Source of the DNA: Neocallimastix sp. 'constans'
Lineage: Eukaryota
DNA: 64,000 nt
Assembly (NCBI GenBank): GCA_050613775.1
Contig: JBODTK010000016.1
Location: forward strand, 1 to 64,000
Direction: 5' to 3'
In this document: positions 55,136 through 64,000 of the stretch, piece after piece
Layout: every line of letters starts with the position of its first letter
How positions within the stretch are numbered: the first letter of the stretch is position 1
Made by a program: the position numbers and the translations under genes
The notes under the pieces: model-generated
Seen by the model: the letters and a program-made list of their open reading frames with translations, nothing else
Database searches by the model: none
What the model was told of the DNA's origin: nothing

Positions 55136-57790
55136 TTAATGCTTTGATATCTCAATTGATAAATCGGAATTTTTACTATATGAAGAAGTATCACTTTTAT
55201 TACTTTTTATAAATCTTTCTTTTAATTCTAAATTTTCATAAAAATTTGGTTGAGAAATTAATCTTACTCCAAAAATAAATATATAATTTGAAATTGAAAA
55301 TGCATATATATTACATGCAAGAATTGAATAATACGCAATATAATTATTAATCTCAATATTATTAAAAATTCCAAATAAGATCAATGAAAATATATCCATT
55401 ACAGTCGATGTAACTAAAAACCTTGTATAATAATATGTTGCACTAATATTCCATTCCTTATAAATCAAAATGAGAATACTTATTATAATTATACAATTTA
55501 ATAATGCCATAAATAATATTAAATTTTTTCCTAGTGCACTATGAATCTCACATTTTTGAAAATTTTCACCATTTAGTACTATGATATTGACTATATCATA
55601 AGGTGATATAAGTAATAATAAATTCAACAAAAGAACAATTGAAATAAAAACTGAGAGAAACTTATGTCTGTTTTGCTTTATCCATTTAGAAATTAAATTA
55701 TTCTGGTAATGAATAATTAAAATATATAAAACTGGAAGTAAACTTAATATAAAACCAAACGAAAAAAATATCATTCTCAATTGGCATTTTAAATTTGTCA
55801 ATTTTCCATAAAACGTTAAGATTGAACACATATAAATAAAAGATCCTGATATTGATAAAACCCAAAAATCATAGGGTAAAAATTGGAACTTTACTCTTAA
55901 TTTCTTTACAAAAATTAATAATAATGATAATAAAAAAGTTAGCATAAATATAAAAAAGAATATTAATATAATTAATCCAATACAAGAATCATCGGATTTT
56001 ATTGAAAGATGGTAATATTTTGTCATATCATCGACTTTTTTAATTACTTTTGATATTGGTTGATCTTCATATATAAATTCATAGAAAAAATTTCTATATT
56101 TTTTATAATAATAATCAATATCGTATTCTCCGTGATTTAAATTTATTACCGAAAATGGTTGGATACTTTTTATGACATCACAATCTATAATTTTACAAAC
56201 ATCTTCCTCATCATATAAACTAGTAATCCCAGAAAAAAAATGATTTTTTATAATATGTTCTTTTTGTACATCTCTTGATGTAACAAACTTCACAAATTCC
56301 ACGGCTGCAGATTTTTTACACTCATTGGAATATTTATTTATTCCAACATTATATCCACCAATCACTGTTCCACTAACACCTTCTTTCCACCCTGGTAAAG
56401 CCGAAATTTTATAAACAGGATTATGTTGTAAATACCAAAACTTTAAAAAGATGGCATTTCCTGATTTTAAGTAATTGATGGTTAAATCATCATCAGACAA
56501 AAATATTAAATCTAATATATAATTGTTTATTAATCATTATAATAATATTATTTAATACTAACTTATTTTTTTTTTTCATTACTATTATTATTTTCTTTTT
56601 TTTGTATTAAATATTAGCTTTATAATAACCTGATGAAATTTCATTCTTAATTCTTTTAATCATATTCAAAGCATCTATTGTTTTTTTACTATTAATTTTA
56701 GGATGTTCTGAATAGTTTGAATCTCTATATGAATGTATTAATTCATAAATTGATACAATACCTACATCGCTTTCTAATTATATAGAAGAATATATATATA
56801 TATATTAATAAAATTTTTTTTAAATTATTATATTAATATTACTTACAACAATAGAATATTATTATTTTATTTTATTTTATTTTTATTTTAATTAATTTAA
56901 ATAAATTATTAAAAAAATTATTTACCGCTAAATAATCCATTATATGAAATTAAATCGTTATTATTATTTTTTTTCTCTTTTTCTGAAATATATTTACAAG
57001 TATCTATTAGTTCATCCCAAGTTTTAGGTATTTGTTTACTATATTTTTTTAAAAGTTTTTCATTTGAATATAAAACATCAATATCAATTGTAACAGGCTA
57101 TATTTATTCATTATATATATAAAAAATTAATAAGAGAATATGATTATTTTAAATTATTCAATTAAATTATATAAGCTAAATATTTATATATATATATAAG
57201 TCATATTACAAGTCCAACAACGGTATTATTATAAAGACATGAATTTTTTATTATAACATCATCAAACATTTCTATGTGATCTTTTGGTAAATATTCACCT
57301 AAATCTAGAAAATATGGACCGAATTTATTTGAATAGATATCATAATAAAAAAATATATCATACTCATCTGATTTTCTACTGAAAAAAAAATCTAATGTAG
57401 ATCCATAATCATTAATGTACTTTGTTGAGTTATTTGGTGATAATATTGTTAAATGTAGTGAAATATCTAAGTTATTTTCTTTAGCATATTTATTAAAGGC
57501 ATTATTTAATGAACCAAATAAATTAATTTTTTCAATAAAAGCAAATGTAAGTGCATTTATAGTTACGGCATTTAGGACTTCTAATAATCATAAAAATCAT
57601 AATATATCATTTAGTATTATTAACAGTGTTTTCTTTTATTATTATTATTATTATTATTATTATATTATTATTATTATTATTATATATTATTATTATATTA
57701 TTATTATATATTATTATTATTATTATATATGTTTTTATATTAACCAATATTTAGAAGAAAAAATGTAATATAAATAATAACGTAATTCAT
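55136..57790 (-). CDS. Receptor fusion: signal peptide, sugar solute-binding domain and 7TM domain; paralog 2, 5 exons
   Basis: Exons ~57790-57745, 57580-57210, 57097-56926, 56773-56630 and 56511-55136, with the same intron positions and phases as paralog 1. Motifs GLPVTIDIDVLYSNEKLL...IPKTWDEL, LPGWKEGVSGTVIGGYNVGI, AAVEFVKFVTSRDVQK, KCQLR and GENFQKCE. Confidence 0.85.
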
Positions 57791-58268
57791 TTTATTAAAA
57801 TAACTGAACTGATATTTATTTTTCCATTAATTGTTAATTAAAATTTCTTCAATTCGAAAAATATATTTTTAATATTAATCATTCTATTTAGTTCGATTAA
57901 ATTATTAAAAGCATAATATTTTCACCAATTTTTATATTATTCTTTCTTTATCAGTTATCAATTTATATTCTAATTAATTAAAATTGTATTATATTAAAAA
58001 AAATAGTTAATAAATAATATATATTTCCATTATAATTAAAGTATTTATAATTTCTAAATTTAAATTTTTTTCAAATTATTAATATTTTACATTTATGCAA
58101 AATTAATTTTTTTAATTAATAAATTTTCCTTTTTTATATCAAATGAATATAAATAATAATTTTAAATATTGTTAATGAAAAGTCATCCTATTATTTAAAA
58201 TAGTAACTTTTATAATTTATATAGTTTTTGTTTTTGTCTTTATTTTTTTGTTTTTGTTTTTGTTTTTG

Positions 58269-58345
<77 letters not shown>

Positions 58346-58762
58346 CCATATTTAATATTAAAAAAAAAAAGAGAACTTTATTTAAAACTCTAAATTTTAT
58401 TATAGTATATAATGAAATTAATTTTAATTTCAAAATTTAAAGATAATATTAACTTTTTATTTCATTTTTTTATTTTGGTATTTTGGTATTTTGGTATTAT
58501 TCAATGATTAAAAATTAAAATAACATATAAATTTTAAAATCATTTTTCTTCATTTAATTACTATATATTCCATATATATAAATATGTAAATCAAATTTTA
58601 TTATTCTTATAAATGATATTATATAGTAATCTTATATTTTATGAATCTAATAATTAAATATATTGTTATTAAAATTTGTTGATTTTCCTCGATTAATATT
58701 TCATTAAAACATTTTTTGTTTATGTTTTTTTTTTTTTGTTTGTTTGGAAAAAAAAAATAAAA

Positions 58763-58816
<54 letters not shown>

Positions 58817-59174
58817 ATAAAATATAAACTCAAATAAATGGATATATATTAATTTTCATACATATAAAGAAGTTTATATATATGTATTTATTCATTTGAA
58901 TCAAATAATTAGTAATTTTTAGAAATTTAAAATATTAAAAAATACTTCATTTATATTTATTATTGTATATTTGGATTTACTAATAAATTTAAATATTTGT
59001 AATTAAACTGAAATTGTTCTACATAATTTATATTATTTTATTTGGTATACATAAAAATACATTTATCTGCATCATCATTTACGTTATTCTACTAACAACA
59101 TATACCACATCCTTATTATTTATATTTTCACATTTATAAAAAATAAGCTTCAAATTGTATTGATACATATTGCA

Positions 59175-59295
59175 ATAATTAATGTATAAGCCATAAAATA
59201 TTAATATTTAAAAAATAAATTTTTAATAATTTAGTACTAGTAACCCTTTTATCATAGAATCTATTAATAAAGTTGATATAATTATATACCATAAA
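59175..59295 (+). repeat. Partial degenerate copy of the LTR at 59688-59847
   Basis: AGTAACCCTTTTATCATAGAATCTATTAATAAAGTTGATATAATTATATACCATA aligns with AGTAACTCTTTTATCATAAAATGTATTAATAAAGTTGACGTAATTATAAATCATA. Confidence 0.7.
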
Positions 59296-59679
59296 TTCCT
59301 CTTATATATAAAACTCTTTATATAAGAGGTATTCAGACAAATAAAGATGATATAATATCACCTTCAAGAGAAAGGTTTCCATCATATGAATGGTATATAT
59401 AAGCCATATATTAAAGAAATATTTTAGATACATCTATTATTAATGGGGCAATAAAATTAAATACTTTATTTTAGGGGGAAATTACTAGATTACAAATATA
59501 TTATTTTAACATTATTTAAATCGAATTATATAATATAAAATTTTTATTCATGTAAAAATTAAAGTTAATTTTAGAATAGAAATAACTAATAATTTAATAA
59601 TATCAAGTTAACATTATAAAATAGGATAATTTTATATACACATATTCACCTGTAAATTGATTATAGAATAACTAGGTTT

Positions 59680-59847
59680 AAGGGGAATGTTAGAATATGT
59701 GAAATATATGAAAAATAAAATTAATGTAATATAATTAATGTACATGCTACGTTGTATTAATAAAAACATTTAGAGTAACTCTTTTATCATAAAATGTATT
59801 AATAAAGTTGACGTAATTATAAATCATATTCTTCCTGACTCTTAACA
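59680..59847 (+). mobile_element. Copia-type 3' LTR (59688-59847) preceded by a polypurine tract; related to the 51.2/54.5-kb LTRs in the opposite orientation
   Basis: AAGGGGAA immediately precedes TGTTAG...TTAACA. The end ATTCTTCCTGACTCTTAACA resembles the reverse complement of the other LTRs (ATTCTGTGTGACTCCTTAACA); CTTTTATCATAAAAT is shared. Confidence 0.75.
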
Positions 59848-59989
59848 AAAATAATATTCTAAACTATGATTTTAAAAAAAATAATGTTTTGGAAAAATAC
59901 ATTTCGAAAAATGGCTTGTAAAATTTTAAAATTTTTTATACATTTTAAATAAATATAAATAATAAATAATTTAATAATATCATTATATA

Positions 59990-60280
59990 ATTAATTATTT
60001 TATTTTTTAAACATTAATAAATAAAATAATTTCATGAATACTTTTTAAATAATAAATAATATTTAATAAATAACAAATAATAAATAATTTTATTATTAAA
60101 GAAAAAAATGAATAATTGATATTAATTTACTCAGAGTTTATAAATAAATAATAATTAATTAATTATTTATTTTTTTTAAGCAATAAAAAAATAAAATAAT
60201 ATCATGAACACTTTTTAAATAATAAATAATAAATATAATTAAAAAAAAAACTGAATAATTAATATTAATTTATTCAATTC
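59990..60280. repeat. Two-copy imperfect repeat (~170-bp period) resembling the subterminal region of the Mutator element at 61.5 kb
   Basis: ATAAAATAAT(T/A)TCATGAA(T/C)ACTTTTTAAAT at ~60021 and ~60191; compare TAAAATAATTTCATAAACACTTTTTAAA at 61671. Confidence 0.6.
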
Positions 60281-60287
60281 AAAATCA

Positions 60288-60526
60288 ATCTGCTAACTAA
60301 ATACTATTACCAAAGTGGTTTAGCACGTGATTCAATTGGGTTAGGTTACTCTAGCCTCGCTTCTAGGGAGTTAGGCATCGAAAAAGCATTTCGAGAAAAA
60401 TCGTGCAAGAAAATCTCAGCAATAATATGTATGGTTAGAGCGCCAATGCTGAATTAACAGTAAGGCTGTCCAGTAGGGACTATATCCATAAAGTGTTGTG
60501 ACTACCTTAATATTCCCATGTCTTGC
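60288..60526. other. Second ~39% GC, high-complexity island of unknown origin, abutting the copia gag fragment
   Basis: Hand count gives 93 G+C in 236 nt, with sharp boundaries against AT-rich flanks and no recognisable motif. Confidence 0.6.
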
Positions 60527-61597
60527 AAAAGGCATGACTTTTTTGAAAAAGCCGAAATTTTAAGGTCAAAAACCACCGTTATAAACGATTCAAATGTCAA
60601 TAATATAAATAAAAATAAACCAAATAATAATAAAAATTATAATAATTCTAATAAAATTCGTAACGAATATTATTGTCATATATGCAAAACTAAAGGTCAC
60701 TCTACTGATCATTGTAAATATAATCTTTTAATTAGAGAAAATAATAAATCAGATGATAATGATAAAAATTATAAAAATAATAATTACAAAAATAAAAATT
60801 ATTATAAAAGATATAATAACAAAAATAATTATTACTCTGGAAATATTATTAATAAGAACAATGATAAATCTAATAATAATAACAATAATTTTTTTGAAAA
60901 TAATAATGAAAATGAAGATGAGGTATACATTGATTTTACAGGAAGTATTTCAGTAATTCAAAATTGTAATTATACAACAATAAATAATAATAATAATTCC
61001 ACACATTGGATTATTGATAGTGGTACTGGCATCAACTTAACTAATAACATCAACAATTTAAACAATATAAATAAAGTAAATAATAAAAATATCATTTATC
61101 CAAATGGTGATTTAGACAAGGTCGAAAATGTAGGTACTTACAATGGTAAATTTAAAAATAAAGATTTTATATTATCAAATGTTTATTACGCGTCAAATAT
61201 TCAAAACAATCTAATTTCCACTCATTCAATATTAAAAAATGGATGCACTATTATAATGAAACGCGTAAATAACAAAGACCGTTTACAAATATTCAAAAAT
61301 AATAAGTTAATTGCAAATATTTTTGCGAATGATGAAAATTTATTCGTGTTTGATACAATACCTTCAAATAATACTATATCTAAGAATTATGTTTTCAGCA
61401 TTGATACTAACTTGTGGCATGCTCGTTTGGGACACTTTTATAATAATGATATCAAAGATTTTGTCATTGAGCATACTAAATACCATAATGATAAAAATTG
61501 TCGCCAATGCAAAGGGGGGCATAGGGCGGTACACACCGGAAATAATAATAAAAAAAAAAATTTATTCAAAATAAATACATATATAATGAATAATTAA
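60518..61597 (+). pseudogene. Ty1/copia gag C-terminus, protease and GAG-pre-integrase fragment forming an open 359-aa chimeric ORF
   Basis: CHICKTKGHSTDHC (CCHC), HWIIDSGTG and LWHARLGH...H..KNCRQCK are colinear with the element at 52.5-53.7 kb. The first codons come from the GC island and the last ~28 from the Mutator TIR region. Confidence 0.85.
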
Positions 61598-62024
61598 ATA
61601 ATTTCATATTAATAATAAATAAATTAAATAAATACTTTATTGTTTTAATATTAGTTTTAATATTAAAAAATAAAATAATTTCATAAACACTTTTTAAAGC
61701 ATGTATTTAAATAAATTTATTAGAAAATTTTAATCAAAAATTTTAATTAAAATGAAGAAAACATAGAAATTGAAATAAGTGAAACTAATTCGAGGATAAT
61801 AACAAATTATTATTAACCAAAAACTTTAAATAAAATTTTTTATCTAAAAAAAGAAAAAAGAAAAGAAAAGAAAAGAAAAGAAAAGAAAAGAAAGGAAAAA
61901 GAAAAAGAAAAAGATAATTTAAAAGTATATAGATGTACTGAATATAAAACTTAGAATACATGTAGATCTTTTATTATTTTAAATGATAAGAATGAGATTT
62001 TAAAATATAAAAGTTTACATAATC

Positions 62025-62061
<37 letters not shown>

Positions 62062-62679
62062 GTATCTATAGAAGAAATAAGATAAAGTTCAATTCCTTTG
62101 GATATAAGACCAAAGTGTATATTTAATAAAGTTTCTCAAGAATTTGGTTTTATATGTCCTGAATATAGCACAATTAAATCTCAAGTAATAATAAGTATAA
62201 ATAAACAGTTAAATCCTAAAACAATAACTTTTACTGAAATTTCTGATGAATCAGAATTTTATGAAATTAAAAGTTTTTCAAATAAAAAAAAAAAAATGGA
62301 GACATTCCTTATCAAATAAAATTTTTTATAAACTTTAAATTTTTTAACATATAATTAATAAACTTTATAATATAATTAATAATTTAATATTATAACAAAT
62401 TTTTTTTTTTTTTTTTTTTAAATTTTTTTACTAAAAGTTCTCTATTTAATAAAAATGATCGTTTTATTTCTTCATTCTTTTTTTTAAACTTTCAGTACAA
62501 TAAATATAAATGACTCAATTGTTTTATTTTATTCCTTTTATTTTTTTTTGTAATAAATATTAATAACTCCAATATTTTATATTATATTTCTTTTTCTTTT
62601 TTTTTTTAATATTTTTTAACTTTTTTCTTATTATTATTATTATTTTTTTTAACTTCCGGTGTGTACTGTCCTTTAGCCC
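61517..62679 (+). mobile_element. Non-autonomous Mutator-like (MULE, FLYWCH-type) DNA transposon derivative with terminal inverted repeats
   Basis: Left GGGCATAGGGCGGTACACACCGGAA against right reverse complement GGGCTAAAGGACAGTACACACCGGAA, with a 13-bp perfect core at 61529-61541 and 62654-62666. Inside is a decayed frame ENIEIEISETN...KQIII...KVYRCTEYKT..TCRSFIILNDKNEILKYKSLHNH (C-C-H-x-H, FLYWCH-like) and the 62098-62319 fragment. No TSD found. Confidence 0.8.
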
Positions 62680-62857
62680 TATCTTTTGATTAGATGATAC
62701 ACTATAATATCAAATATTAATTCATTTAATTTATTAAAGAGACATTATTATTTGGAATCTTCATTTTTAAATAAATAAATTATATCACCAGTAACAATAT
62801 AACAATATTTATACAATAATAATTAACACCAATAACAACATCAATAATAATATTAAA

Positions 62858-62895
<38 letters not shown>

Positions 62896-64000
62896 TAATT
62901 TTATATATTTCAAATTTCATATTATATAAAACAAATATAATACCATTCTTAATAATTCTTATCTTGATTAAATTTCATTTTTATAAAAATTAAAAATATT
63001 AAACAATTAAACATTTTTTTTAAAAAAAAAAAAAAAAGTTGAGAGATATATATGGTTTATTTTAAATTTATTAAATACTTAATATATAATCAAATAAATG
63101 TTTTTTAAATTGTTTTTAAAATAAAAAAAAAATTATTAATGAGTGAATTATACTTTAAATAATAACTCATTATTTATTTAATAAAAATATCTATTTTAAA
63201 TAAAGAATAGTTAAAAATAAAAACTAATATAATATTTTTATTTTAAATGATTCCTTATTGTATATAATAAATTTAATCTATTTTAATCAAAAAAAAAGTT
63301 AATGTTAATAAAGATGATAAAAAAAATTATGAAAAAAAAGCACCCTTTAGATGTGCATTACTTGTTTTTACAAGCGGAAGATTTAGTAAAATGTATTAAT
63401 GAAATTCCTACTTTGAAGCCTTAGGTTTATTGATTGATGAACGTCCTATTCTCTATATATAATTGAACACTTTGAAAACAATTTAAATAAAAATCATAGT
63501 TAAACTTTAATATGTTTTCATCTTCCATCCTAATATATATGATTAATCGAATTTATAATGAGGAACTCTTTTACCAAAATTAAAAGAAATTTTATAATAT
63601 CTTCTAAAGAACATATAAACAATATACAACTATTACTTAAGTAATGAAAAGTGAAAATGAATATCTAAAAACTACAAAGAATGGAAAAAAAATATTGAAA
63701 TGTCTATATAATTAGTAATAATCAAATTTGAAATTTTAATTGTTCAAGAGGAATAATTGTCTTAAAAAAGGATTAATGGTGGACATTACAAAGAATATCG
63801 TAGATATTATGAATAATTTAAAAAAAAACTAAATAAAAGATTTCATCCAATATTTTTATTAATTACATTAAAATTAGATTTTTTTTTTATTATATAAGAA
63901 GAATTCATAAAATTCCAACGAATAAAGATATTTGGAATAAAGAAAGGAAATTATTCTTCGATTGGGATTGGAAATAAAATAGCCAAAATTTTTATTGTTG

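Overview
This is eukaryotic, extremely AT-rich, microsatellite-laden DNA with short GT-AG introns. The composition, the solute-binding-protein/7TM receptor fusions and the FLYWCH-type Mutator remnant point to an anaerobic gut fungus (Neocallimastigomycota); that assignment is an inference. Left to right the window holds: two intronless minus-strand genes (a bacterial-type 6TM K+ channel with a poly-Asn leader, and a viperin/RSAD2 radical SAM enzyme), separated by a 275-bp ~39% GC insert with a perfect 18-bp direct repeat. Next is an intron-rich housekeeping block: Rad4/XPC, a Rud3/GMAP-210-type GRAB golgin, a ~9.7-kb PHD-finger low-complexity gene and a TPR/EF-hand gene. A young, 5'-truncated LINE with a 50-nt poly(A) tail sits in a (TA)n tract. 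Two tandem 5-exon paralogs fuse a sugar-binding SBP domain to a 7TM receptor domain, with an internally deleted Ty1/copia element between them. The right end is a transposon graveyard: copia LTR remnants, a second ~39% GC island, an open gag-protease fragment and a TIR-bounded Mutator derivative. No rRNA, tRNA or CRISPR array was recognised. Exon boundaries were read by eye and are approximate; no database searches were run.
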